The notes under the pieces were generated by a model. The model did not search any database. It had not been told where the DNA came from and saw only the letters and a program-made list of their open reading frames with translations. 64,000 bases of DNA from Isurus oxyrinchus (taxonomy: Eukaryota), in contig JANJGN010000013.1 in the NCBI GenBank assembly GCA_026770705.1, positions 58,776,001 to 58,840,000 of the forward strand. Direction: 5' to 3'. Made by a program: the position numbers and the translations under genes. Below, piece after piece: positions 50,086 to 62,834 of this stretch; the stretch's first letter is position 1, and each line of letters begins with the position of its first letter.

Positions 50086-52850
50086 TTCCCGTCTACTATT
50101 TTACAATATCAATGATTCGTTAGCCAGGACATACCCTGTACAAATCCCTGTAGGCTTTCTCGAACCAGTTCAAAGTTCTCTAAGTGTTCATTTACTCAGT
50201 CATTAATGATAGTTTCCAACAGTTTCCCCGCGTCAGTCTATAATTTCCGCCTTAAGCTCTCTCACTTTAAATGATGGAATTACATTGGCAATTTTCCAAT
50301 CTCAACGGACCTGAACCATAAGAACGACAGAAGATTATGGTTAAAACATCTGTAATTTCCTCACTTTCTTTAAAAGCCTGGGGTAGAAACCATCAGATTC
50401 TGGGGATTTGACAGTCTTCACTGCCATTATTTTCTCTACCATGGGTTTCCTGGAGATCATAAAGTATGCAACCGTACAAATATGCGTCAGTTATATTGTA
50501 AATAAGTATTCATGTCCCTGGCTATACAGTGTCACTCAGAGGTAGCGGAAAGTTATACCATAGACTTCGGATGCATCCGGGGTCAGTGAAGATTCGATGC
50601 TCCCTCGGTTAGTTTTAGTCTATGGAGATTACGGGCCAGACAACTGCTTTATCTTTTCAAAATGTGGCTTTTTGCAGGAAGAGGTGATACCCCACATGAT
50701 AAAAACTCACATCAATGCCAGGCTACCAAGAGTCGAATTGACTGCAGAGTCACGCTGCTATTGCATGGTTCTTGCTCTTTCACCTGCCCTCGTTCCCAGG
50801 GTTGGCTGCACGATGAACAACTTGCTCCATTTATTTTTATTCTCTGCTGCCCTCACCTGGAATGTGATGGGATTTGAAAGCGGACGTGAGGCGGCTGTCA
50901 AAGCCTTTTTCCCCGGTGTCGAAGATCAGCGGCGGTCGAATCCAACAGTTGTGCCGTCAGCGTAAAGAGACTCCGCTCAGTCAGAATAGAATAGAAGGGA
51001 GCTGACAAGCGGAACTTGCGAGCTGCTACGATGTACTTTCAAAATTTTAAAATCGTTTCGCGGCGTAATTGCCCCATTAACCGTAGCCACCTCACAAAGG
51101 CCAGGCATCTTTCTCCAACCCTCTACTGATCTTTCTAGAGTTCCCGGCTGCGTGTTCACTAGGGTCATTCCCACACTTCACGATCACACGCGAACCTACA
51201 GTTGTGGTTGAAACCAATATCAACCAGAAACTTAGTGAATAAAATACTAATACCGGAGTTAAATTGTCAATATTACAATCGCCAGAACAATTTCCGTCCG
51301 GCAACACTAGACATGAATGTGTTTAATCGAGGCTTTTTTTTCCACATGTGGGCGTCACTGGCTAGGCCAGCATTTATGGCCTATCCCTAACTGTCGCTTT
51401 CTTGAACTGCTGCAGGATGAGGGGATTGCAAAGAACATGTGGCGAATCATGAAAACAGATGGTGGCTAATAACATTTTCTCCGTGCACCGGTTATCTCAG
51501 AGTAACCCAATCATTTCCCAAATCGATTTGAGGGCAAATCTATCTTCAATGTCTAGCTTCCGATCTGCCAATTTCAATATTAAACTACCCAATATTGGAA
51601 GTAAACAACGCAAATGCTGTGATACAGGATATTATTCTGTTGTTCATATTTTGTTCCTCGGATTACTGCTGAATGTTTCTCACGTGCCACTCAAACAGGT
51701 CAGAGGTCAAGCCCCTGACCAACATTACAGAGCAAATCCTCTGAAGGCAGTAAACTTTAATGGGTAGGGGGTTACCGAGGAGCAGGTCTAATTCTTTTTC
51801 TAGTGGGTAGTCGGATATGCAAGATTTGCAGAATAGGTGAGAGACCACAATTAATAGGGCCAATAGAAGTTTAAATAATAAAATAGGCGTTATTAAACAC
51901 AATATTTCAGCATATCAATTGCAAACTTCCTCTTCATACTTGTCAATAAAGCAGGACATTCCTGTCCGGGTGTAGGGTAGGATAGTCCCCTGCTTTAGAT
52001 AAAACACAAGTCAGAAGAATGACTATTTTGTCTGCATCACTAATCACAGCACTTTACATTCATTAATTATATCTAAAGAGCTTTGGGGTGTTTCCGAGAA
52101 CAAATAGGGATGATACAATAAATAAATGAATAAATATGGATAAGTAGATTTAATGTAAAGCCCCAATAAGATGTTTATAAATACAAGTTCTTTACTTTCC
52201 ACATTCGAGGTCAATACAAAATTTCTATCAGGAATTGCTTAACAGACAACAATTAAATGTTGATCGTAATCTTCGTCCAGGTATTAGAAGTAAGGCGTTC
52301 CTGTAAAGTTTACGGTTTATGAAACAATAAAGTCATGGCTATTTATAACTTTTGGTCCACGTAGATGCCAATGGAGGTTTTCAAAACCCTATCAACCAAA
52401 TGTTGAAAACCGGTATTTCTCTCTAACAGACTCGCTGGTGGCGATGGGAGGAGCATTCCTAAAATCTCCTACCCTCAGATTAAACTGATTCTGGCAGGGA
52501 TTACAGCGGGCATCTGTGCTGTCCAGATCTTCCTCTCGGTGACATGCAGGCAATCGTTCTACAGGGCCGCTCCACCGTGTACAAAGAGTCACTGTTGTTA
52601 TTGTGCATTCTGGAGAGCTGATTGGGTAATGAGTGTGGGGAAACCGGCGAGAAACTCTACCTGAGCTCTACCTGTGCATTATGCAACAGGACTGCTGAGC
52701 GACACCCTGTGACTCTGGAACACCGAACCAATTACGGCAGTATCTAAAGATATAAAGACCCTTGCTCTGTGATGAATGTGACACAATTGAAGCACAAAAA
52801 TATTCTGAACTAATCGTTTCATTTAGAGTGTGCTGTAAATAACTCCCCTG

Positions 52851-54268
52851 TGTTAGGAACTAGATATAGTTTAAGCAATTGTATTTGGGTGTTAGGAATA
52901 AGCTATAGTTTTAAGCCTTAGCTTTAAGTTTAAGTAAGTTTATATGTTTTATTTGTGGGTTAAAAGGGTGAAACCTGTGTTTAGTTTCACTTTAAATAAT
53001 GTTACTTGCAAGTCTGTGGGTTTGTTTGTATACTTACATTTTAATGAGGTTTTAAGAAAAGGAGTTTAAGAAAGTTAAAACAAAGTAGAAAATTGGTCTG
53101 TTGCCTAGCAACAGGGGACCCACAGACACAGAGAAACAGAAATCAATTTGAGTTCAGTTGGCGATTATGTTCTAAGGTGAAGGAAGCAGTTTAAGTCACT
53201 CTCTAGCTGGACATGCTAGCAGATTGCTGAGGAAATGAGTCGAAGAATCTTAGATGAGTTGCTCTAAAGTTAAAATAACAGTGAATATCGAATGAGCTCT
53301 GGACCTCAAGGGAGATGCCAAGTTGTCAGCAGTCTTCTGGGAGAGGGAGCTGCAGGGAGCAGGTCCTAAAGGAAAAGGAGAACGGTCACAATAAGTCCTT
53401 TAAGATAAGTCAAAGGACAAGGTTAGGTATCTGGAACAAGATCCTGATCATTGGAAGTGCAAGCAAGGAACAGATGATAAGGGTCCAAATTATAGAGAGA
53501 AAGCTGCAAGAAGCAGGCTCAAGGCAAGGTGGGTTTGCAAGAAGCTAGATGATCTGTGGAGATAGCTAAAGGGTGGGGACTCTTTACCATGGGCATGTGG
53601 GGTAGTGGTGTTCTGTTGGCACGGCTGAGTATCTGAGAGAGAGTGTGGAAGGCAAAGCTTGAATGCACATGGTGATCCAGGTGAGAGGACCATCAGAAGG
53701 ACAGTTCAAAACCCTGGAGTGGACTCTTCTGAAAGGCATCTGAGAATAGGTGTCATTTGGGAGAAGATTTCAAAGTGATTCTTTGAGAGTGGAGATTGGA
53801 AACCCTCTTGTGAAAGACAGAGTTCAGTGAGACCAGTTGGCTTACAGTGTGACAAGCATCTGGGGAGAATTGGTGAGACATCCATAGGATCTATTTGGGG
53901 TGGCATCCGTCACTTGGTTTCAGTGTGTGGTGTGTCTGACCACAGGTCACTTATTGGTTTACATGGATGGTACACTTACTGTGAACATTAGAGTACAAGT
54001 GAGTTTCTGTAACTTGTGTTATCCTTACAAATCTGTATATATCTGTAAAGGTATACTTGCGGGTTAAGGAGTATTGTAATATAGTTCATCTTTTCTTGTT
54101 TAATAAATATTTTATTACTTTGTTAAAAGTTCATCACCTGACCCCTGTGACTCTGTTCAGTAGCAGCCCTCCAGGCTTTTAAACAAAAATAACAGTTAGG
54201 ATCTATAAAGCCGCGTTCCACCCTGGGATCTGACTTGTCCAGTAGCAACATCAGCTGGGATCATAGCA
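52851..54268 (+). mobile_element. Solo gypsy-type LTR with 4-bp TSD
   Basis: TGTTAGGA...TCATAGCA termini; CCTG duplicated at 52847-52850 and 54269-54272; AATAAA at ~54102. Confidence 0.9.
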
Positions 54269-55217
54269 CCTGTTTGTTTCTCATAATGACTGTGATATCT
54301 GAGATATGGTGTGAGATCATTTTGTTTATGGATAGATTTTTCCATTTTCTTTCAATCTGACTAAAGCAGCATTAGAGGATAAACAGTAGCATCAACAAGC
54401 TGAAGAATATTATGCAAATTGGTTATAGTGGAGGCCTAATTATGTAACCGTCCCTAAAGTGACATTAACTTACCTGAAGCATCTCAATCTAATGTCATTC
54501 GATGGTGCGTTTTTAAACAATGTTGCACAGCCAGAAATTAGGGGGCATGTTTTATTTCTTTCTTAATTGTTATTATTTCCCTGTATCCATCATTATAAAC
54601 GACTGTTATTTGTTTTTAGATGCAGAACTGTGTGCACCATGAGGATACGTGCCGTGTTTACAGAAAGGGGCTCACAGTATAAAACGCCAGATAACCTACT
54701 TCAGAAGAAACTGGTGAGCCATTTGCTGCATCCAGAGCCCAGTCAACACCCTCTGTTATTCTGCCTATTCTCTGTCCTTTCTTTCCATTTACACCTGTTC
54801 CCAGCAGGTAACTCTGCCCAGTCCCTGGTATTTCGATGACTCTTGTAAATCTGAAGCGCCATGGAAAACTCGCTTAAGTGAGAAAGCCACAACGATACAA
54901 GATAAGATACCTGTATTATTCTATTATAAAAATAGGTATTCCATAATGGAACACAAGTCATTGATATCTTCACATTGTTTCTTGAAGAGATATTACTAGA
55001 TTTTTCTTACTTAATGTTATATTGTCATTAAGGATTACAGTCACGTGCCCTCAAAATGCAGAAGACGGGACGCTTGTTAAAGAAATATTTCTGAGCCTTG
55101 TGTAATATTTTCTACAATAATTGCAGGACTGTAAATGCACAGAAGTTTGAATATCGGAGAACATCAGAGTAGACAAAAACTCTCCACATTGATGCCTGCC
55201 CGTGTGTGCCAGGAATG

Positions 55218-56291
55218 GAGAGTGATTTGTCTTCTTGCTGAAGCTACTTTGTATCTTTATGTGAAGGCTTCAGCTAATTAATAACTCAAGGATACTGCTT
55301 GTCCTCGAATATACTGTGTGTCAATTTAAGAATTAATGCAGAAAGTATCCTTTGTATACCTAGTGTTGAACGATGCATTTCGAGATGCAGACTTTGAATT
55401 CAGTGGTAATAAGACCACCGAGTCTCAAGAGATTTTTTTATATAACTAACTTAAACATTTATTAATACAAGAAAAATTATAAGCACATATATATGTCTAC
55501 AAAATTACTACCATAATAACTACAAAAATCCCCTAATTAATCTGACTCTCATTTAGACCCCCAGTAAGGCAACAGTAAATCTCATAAATTTAAAGAGACA
55601 TCTGGCAAAGAACAAACTGGACAGTCACATTCAAAATGAATTTCTTTCAGCTCTGGTTTCATGCAGAAGACTTGAGGTTTACAGACTAGAGGCTTCTCAC
55701 ACTTGATGGATCTTAAAATGCCTCTGCCTTACATACTATCTCATTTCTCCTTTATCCATGTCTTTCTCTTTGAATGTAAAGTTTCCATTGCATCACTAGG
55801 CTTTTAATTTTACCTGTTCTAACAATAACGTCTTTTGATTCCACCAATTTTATTACTAAGCTAAAAAAAAAAGAAAAACATTGCTTGGATACAAGATTTC
55901 ACCCATTATTTCGAATTTTTCTAATGCAAATTGCCCGTTTGACACCTATGTTTCTAAACTTCTCCATGTTGATCTAATTACCATTTCAAACCTGCTTCTT
56001 TCTATACATCAAAGCCTCTAGACCAACTCGCTTTAATCCAATTAAGACACACACTCATATAGACACAGTCACCACTAAACTCTATTTTAAAAAATAATTT
56101 CCAATAACATCATAGGCATTAATCTCTTCATGACAGAGAGTGATTTGCCTTCTTGCTGAAGCTACTTTGTACCTTTATGTGAAGCCTTCAACTAATTAAT
56201 AACTCAAGAATACTGATTGTCCTCGAATACAACGGGTGTCAATTTAAGAATTAATACAGAAAGTTTGTTCTGAATATCTAGAGTTGAACGA
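55218..56291 (+). repeat. 156-bp direct repeat pair (55218-55373 and 56136-56291)
   Basis: 'gagagtgatttg...gttgaacga' occurs twice, equal length, scattered substitutions. Confidence 0.92.
55374..56135 (-). mobile_element. One-end-truncated LTR related to 60342-61197
   Basis: Shares 'gtaataag.ccacc.ag', 'acaaa.ttactac.ataataac' and the terminal 'tcatgac(a/g)' with 60342-61197; left end missing. Confidence 0.7.
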
Positions 56292-57849
56292 GGCAAAGTA
56301 ATATTTGTCCGCGCTCTCCAGCTCCTGTAGATTTGCTAAGCAAGGCACGTGCGTCTTTAGAATGAAGAATACAGCCTGTGAAACGGGATACCGGGAAACT
56401 ATGTAAGAAAGATCACTCTTTTAAATGTGTCAGTGTTGGAAGCTGATCACGCTTAATGAGGAGAGTTTGTACCTTTCAGGAGATTAAATTGATTTTATTT
56501 ATTTATTATAACCAATTAAAACTGGTAAAGTAGAAATATGTTCATTTTAAATAACTTCATCAAAGTGCAATACTGAAATGTATGATATGTTGGTGTCTTC
56601 CTTATTCTTGGCATTCTGTGAATTTATTAGGAAGTGTGTGGTGTTCTCGTAGGACTGAAGGGATAAAATATTACTTGTTGAACGCACTTTAATTCAGAAC
56701 AGGTAGACGTAGATATACTGAATGATTCATTCGATGTAGTTTCACAGTGGTGGAAATGTATATGTATTTTGGAAAGTACACTTGGAGATGACGTAGTAGT
56801 GCTCTGCACGATTTGTTCAACAAAATACTCCCTTTTGTAATACTCGCTGAATAGTCAATTAGTTCACTGCATATATAAGCGATAAATATTTCCATTACAG
56901 GCACGTTGTACATGTTTAGAATGACACCAGTTCTTACGCATGTATCCATTGACTTCCCTCAAGTTACATTCTGATGTTATTCGGCAATGCATTATTAAAA
57001 CTTAAATCAATGTCCTTAGTACTTATCACGAAATAATGTTTATGTGCGTGATTATTTCATGCGAATAATTGTCTCATGTTTCGTAACACTAATGACATTT
57101 TGCAAATATATTTAATATGCCTCGGTCTACAGTGCGTTTATACTTGAGTTCTACTCGGCTGCACACAAACACTAAAGTTACAGAATAAATCCGGGGTTAG
57201 GGTCTAATGCAAACCCAGAGAGACAGATGTGAAGCGCCCTAGAGGGAAATGTTCTTATTTCACTTGGGTTTATTTCAGCGTCCAGTGTAGCTGCAATTTG
57301 ATATCAAGCAAGGTTTGAAGGGTGTTCAGGACTTCCTCCAAGTTCAAGGAGAATAAAATTTCTAGCCAGGAAGACACCGCCTAACTAGAACCCATACTCC
57401 AAGCAGACGCTGCAGTAAAACTATTGTTATACCACACCAAATATTTCCATCCCTAAAATCCACCCACATGCTGTTTTAAGAAGATTCATCTTCAGACCCC
57501 TGGAAATGAATATATTAAACCCAAATGTCAGGACGAGAAGAGTAGTTCAAATTCCTGACTTATTAACATCTGTGTACCGTTACACTAATGATATAATAAG
57601 AAACATGGAGTGATACAAAGGCATCACCAGGAGAACATAGATTGTGTTCCTAGAGGTTAAATTAAAACATTAAATTATTAAATTTTACACCACTTTAGTA
57701 ATGAAGTTCTGTTTTCAACTGTACCAATTGTTATTTAAACTATGTGGAGCTAAATAATTATTCTTACCATTTAGCGCATTAAATCAGTTTACTTTATGAA
57801 ACAATCTACATCTGGAATACCCAATTTGTGTGAAAATTTGTTCGCTGTC

Positions 57850-58230
57850 GGACATGGCAGATGGAAGCGCTCTTGCCTCCAAATTAGCAGGTTATGAATT
57901 TAAATCCCACTCCACGGGCTTGAACACGAAATCTAAGCATGGCGCTCCAGTAGACTGCAGTTGGAGGTTCTGGCCTTTGGGTGAGCCGTTGAAACATCTG
58001 CCTTCCATATCCTGATCAGTCCGAGATTTATTGCTTCAGTAAATCAGTACTGGCGAGGCCTTTTGTGGCCTTTTCAGTAGACCTAAGAGATTTCATGCCA
58101 TTATTCACAGAAGAGCAGGATACTTCTGCCCAGTGTCTTGGGCGATATTTATCAGCCAACCAACATTGTTAAAACAGATTATTTCGTTATTAAGCCCACT
58201 TGTTTGTAGCGCTTTGCTGTGCACAAAGTA
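57850..58230 (+). mobile_element. Deu-domain-like SINE
   Basis: tRNA-like head; 'gaagagcagga...gtgtcttgggcgatatttatc..caaccaacat' shared with 63185-63585. Confidence 0.6.
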
Positions 58231-58687
58231 GCTGATGTGTTGCGATTTCTTAAAGTCGTCGGAAGTACTATAAAGATGCGAGTTTTTGTTTCTTTCTCTT
58301 CCCCTGCAGTTTTTGTCTTTTCTCTCATTTTTACCGGGCTTAATTTCCCGTTCGCCTCCCCGGCCAGAAAAAAAGGCTCCCTGCCCTCCTTGTCCCATCC
58401 ACACTTTAATCCAATCCCTAACCTGCCACAGTACTGTTTTCTGAGCTCCAGCTTCACAGTTACTCTGGACCGTGGTCCAATTTGCAATGATGCTCTGCCC
58501 TCTAACTATGCTCACTTGAAAACTGCATTAGGCTTTGAATCGGTGCCTGAAGTGTTACGGGAAATTTAATGAAGTTTTAGAACTTTTTTCTGTACGCAGG
58601 TGATTCTACGATTAGCCTCTAACAATGAGCTTGATAAAATGGTCAATGTTTAGCGATGAAATCGACATAACCTGGGGTTTTGTGCTC

Positions 58688-59728
58688 TGTAGATATTGCC
58701 CTTAGTCTCCCAACCAATCGTTGACGAACCATTGATCAGAACCTCACCTAAGGAGATTGCAATAGACGTTTCCCGTCTCGCTAAAGGTTAGGTTTAACTG
58801 CACCTTAGAGCACAAGGACTAAATTGGCTCATGTAGAAACAACAAAGATTGTGCTTAAACCAAAATGACCAAATTTAATAAAGAAGTTAACAACAAGAAT
58901 CCTTGAAGCTTTTACTTTTAACACAAATCAGAACCACATTAATTAAACATGAATTAACAGGCAAAGCGTGGTCGGTACGATCTATAAATTACACCCAGAA
59001 AAGCAGATAGAACAAAGACTATCTCACAAGATTACAAGCATTTGTTTCTCTCCCAGCACAAATGTGGCACCATTTACACTCTCACGGTCATTCCAACTGA
59101 CCTCCAGAACGTGGGATCTCTCACAATTCTCACTCAATGGATTTGGTCCTCGAGTCACCTCCAATGGTACCTCCACTCAATCAAGTGCCCTGAAGACAGT
59201 CCTAACTCAAATAGCAGACTCCTGCAGAACCTTCTTATCTAGTTTCACGAGATTCCATGAGTCCTTTATCTGAAGCATAGCTGTAGAAGTGTCCCATTCA
59301 CATTTTTTTTCTCTAACCCTATCTTCGGCATTCTGTCCTTCTTAACTTTATTACACACACAGCTTCTTGGACTTGTGCCTTCACTGTTCTTCCCCTGCAG
59401 CAACTCTCCTCTGTCTGCAGCTGTCGTTTGTGTCTGCCAGCCATAGGATTTTCATAGGTTAACTTCCTTCCTTTTGGTACTGCTTCTAGTGTGGCACGTC
59501 ACTGGACCAGTATTTCTTATTATTCAAGAAAATTACAGTTGATCCTTTTGCAATTGATTCAAGCTCTTAAAAGCCCTTTTCAGAGATTGTTAAAACTAAT
59601 TACCGTTTCCATAGACGTTTTAAAGAAATTGCAATTTTTTTTACTGTACTCCTTCAGGTCAAAGGTAATCACGATTGCTAAACTGAGGCTGAAGGGTTCA
59701 CTTTCAATCAAATGCTCATATGTCTGCA
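58688..59728. mobile_element. Probable solo LTR
   Basis: Inverted termini TGTAGATAT / ATGTCTGCA; no matching TSD. Confidence 0.4.
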
Positions 59729-60099
59729 TTAATGTATAAATTATTCATAGATTATTTAATTTTTCTAAATGAATTATCTTGTGTATTCGCCAGTTTGTTG
59801 TAAATTTTATATATCTGATTGATCTCAGAGCAATTCAGAGAAGGCCCTAGTTCCAAGTCTACAATAGGTTTATTGAGTTTTTTTTTAATATCTCAGCAAT
59901 CACAAGATTCCTGCACACATGTTCATAGCTCTGGTTTTCATATGTGTGAATGATACTCTTTGTTTGTAACCCTTTAATAAAGTATTTTAAACTCCCTCAC
60001 AATTTGCATTAGTCTTTTAACCCTGTATTGGTTTAGTTCACATTGTATTTGTGTTTTATTTATACATAATCCACACAAGTAAAGGAACGTCTGTTGGGC

Positions 60100-61672
60100 T
60101 TAAGTAGTACCAGAGATGCAGCCGTGACCACATTGTGCCATAATTCTCCATTCAGTTAGACTATGATGTACCACCTGTCCTTCATAGAAATGTCTATGCA
60201 GAGAGATAACTTCGACCACAAATGGATGAGATAGTGGTTTGCATGTAATGTTCTTGAGGCTCTGTGAAAAAAAGGAGATGGTGGATTCTGTCAAATGGTT
60301 ACCCAAGCAGCCTACAAAAGTTACTTGACAGAATACCTCATTGTTATGATGTGGCAGATGATGTGTGCCAGGTGGATCAAATCTATGAGGGAAACTTGAT
60401 TGTGCATTTCATAACCGTTTTGCAATTTGTATTTATTTTGAGATTCATGCACTGCATCCAGAAGTAATAAGTCCACCAAGACTTTAGAGATCTTTTAAAA
60501 GTTAATATAAAAATATTTTATTAACAAAAACAGATTTCAAGCATGCACATACAACTACAAATTACTACTATAATAATAACTCCTGAAATGTCTAATTAAC
60601 CTTGCTCCCAGTTACATCCTATTTAAGGTAATGGTCCAAAAATCTATATTTTAGATTTTAAACAGATCTAGCAAATTAACACAATACACTGGACAGTGGA
60701 ATTCAAAGTGGCTCTCTCTAGCTTTGGTTTCTGTAGACAGCAGGCTTAATGCACAAATACTGGAGACTTCACACCCTTCTATTAGATCTTACAATGCATT
60801 CTTTTGACATATAGCTTCACTCTCTTTTATGTATATTTCATCCTTTTTAATATGTAAATTCCATTGTTTCATAAGTCTTGGAAACTGTATCTCCCTCATA
60901 ACATGAAAATTTTCATGTTGTCAATATTCTCATTAACCTCTTTGAAATTCAAACCTCCCTTCATCTATCTAAAAATGCAAAATCCTGTCACACCTTACAT
61001 GCTAAGACCCCAACCATGTTTACTCATTAGCATATAAAAGGCACTTCTACACCTTACTTCTTTTAACAACTTCAACTTGCAGTCTGCTGGGCTACAAAAT
61101 GTAATTAAATCACACACAGACCTAACTATTTACTGCTATAAGCCTACTTTACAATAAACCAGAAAAATATTATGAAAATTATTATACACTCATGACGCTC
61201 ATTGCAAGAACTTTCTTACAAGAACTAAGGTACATCTTGGCTAGTGATGAGAAGGCCCTTCTTGTCAGATTCTTCATGCACAAATAACGTTTTAGCATTT
61301 GCTGTTCTCCAGGCATTTATGGTGGGATGGAGGCTGTAGCCCATCTCCTTTTAGAATATGCATTTGCAAAGAATGGAAAGAGATGCAGTAGCTTTTGCTA
61401 AGGTCCATCCCAAGCAGTTCCATAACAGTAAACTCTGGTATGTATAGACTGTTCCCAGGAATGCACACTGAGACCAATATCACCACCGCTGAAAGACCGT
61501 CAACGCTGTGAAGGATGAACATGGCCTGCCTGAAACCTGTAGTTTTCCAGTGCAAGGAGTTGTCCAAGACCAAGTGTTGTAGCCTGGCAGATTCCAAGGA
61601 CTATGTACTGAGTGATGCATTGATACTTGACGGAACCAACACAAAGGCTCTAAAGGGAAAGGCCACAGTTTA
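60100..61672 (+). mobile_element. Tx1/L1-like LINE ORF2 3' part split by an LTR
   Basis: Degenerate ORF2 C-terminus continues across the insert ('cagaatacctcat'|'ctcattgcaagaactttc'); 'LFPGMHTETNI' motif; end homologous to 30185-30333. Confidence 0.7.
60342..61197 (-). mobile_element. Solo LTR with 5-bp TSD
   Basis: TGTTATGA...TCATGACG termini; CTCAT duplicated at 60337-60341 and 61198-61202. Confidence 0.85.
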
Positions 61673-61809
61673 GGACTCTACCAATATAGTGCACTGAAGG
61701 CTGGAGTTCATGTAAACACCCTGGGGCTGTATGCATCAGAAAATGCTTAAATACAATGTAAGTATAGCTGCAGGTATAATTGTCAATGGAACAACACTAG
61801 TAACATTGC

Positions 61810-62290
61810 CCAACATCACAGATGTCTCAGCTCGTCTGCAACTGAAATATTATTCATACCTTCATTACCTCGCGACTATTCCAATGCACTCGTGGCTGGT
61901 CCCCCACATTCAACCCTCAATAAAAGTAAGATCATCTAAAACTCTGCTGCCCATGTCTTAAATCGTACCTAGTCCTATTCCCCTATCACCCATGTGCGCG
62001 CTGATTGACATTAAGTCTCAATTAAGAAACATTGTTAATTTAAAATTCTCATCCTTGTTTTCAAATCTCTCTATGGTTTCACCCCTCCCCATCTATGCAA
62101 TCTCCCCTAGCACCACAACTCTGCAAGGTTTCTCCTCTCGCCTAATTGTGCATTTCCCCTGTTGTGCATCCCCGACTTTAACTGCTTCCCCGTTGGTAGC
62201 CGTGCCTTCAGTTGCCTAGGCCCCAGGCTCTGGTATGCCCTCCCTACACTTATCCACCCCTCTAGCTTCTCCTTTAAGACACTCCTTAAA
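61810..62290 (+). mobile_element. L2-like LINE 3' fragment
   Basis: Homologous to 19600-21090 ('catctaaaactctgctgccc', 'ttttaaaattctcatccttgtttt'). Confidence 0.7.
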
Positions 62291-62834
62291 ATAGTGGTCG
62301 GCAAACTATGGCTCACAGGTCACATCCGACCCGCAGGAGCTTGTAATTTGGTCCGCAGCTGCGCCATATGGTTGAATGGCCACAGAAAGTAGCTTCAGGT
62401 AAGAAAGGCAGACTTTTCTCCAGGAGTATAAGAGGAATTGTGTCCTTGGAATTGTGCCTTTGTTCAGCACCTTCAGTAAATCCGCACAGTTCAGACACTG
62501 GGACTACATATGTTAAATACAGTCTTTCTATTTCCTATCCTGAAATTCAATAAAAGGCTTTCCCACTTCTCTCGAAAATGATTTTAGACTCATTTTGTCC
62601 ATCAACCGAACAGGGCGGCTGCAGAGGAACTGAGAATACCGGCCCTCTTAGAGGACAATGTTTCCAAGATTAATTTCATCTTTGGATAAATTAGGTTGGA
62701 AGAGCAAATAAAAGGTCTGAGGGTTGGGACAGAGTTTCATGATCGCACTGAATGATGAGCAGTCTGGTCGGTTCATATAGTCTACTCCAGCTCCTAGTCC
62801 TTATGTTACTCTGCGGGTGTAGCATAATGTGATA

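Noticed and set aside
52392-52610. Minus-strand 'ECTITTVTLC...STDARCNPC' as a TNFR cysteine-rich domain (TNFRSF14 neighbours HES5 in human)
   Set aside because: Cysteine spacing does not fit a full CRD, no other TNFR exons were found, and plus-strand splice signals are stronger; a tBLASTn with TNFRSF14 would settle it
56689-56949. Short ORFs, including a plus-strand CxxC ('VVVLCTICSTKYS')
   Set aside because: No second zinc-ligand pair and no splice context
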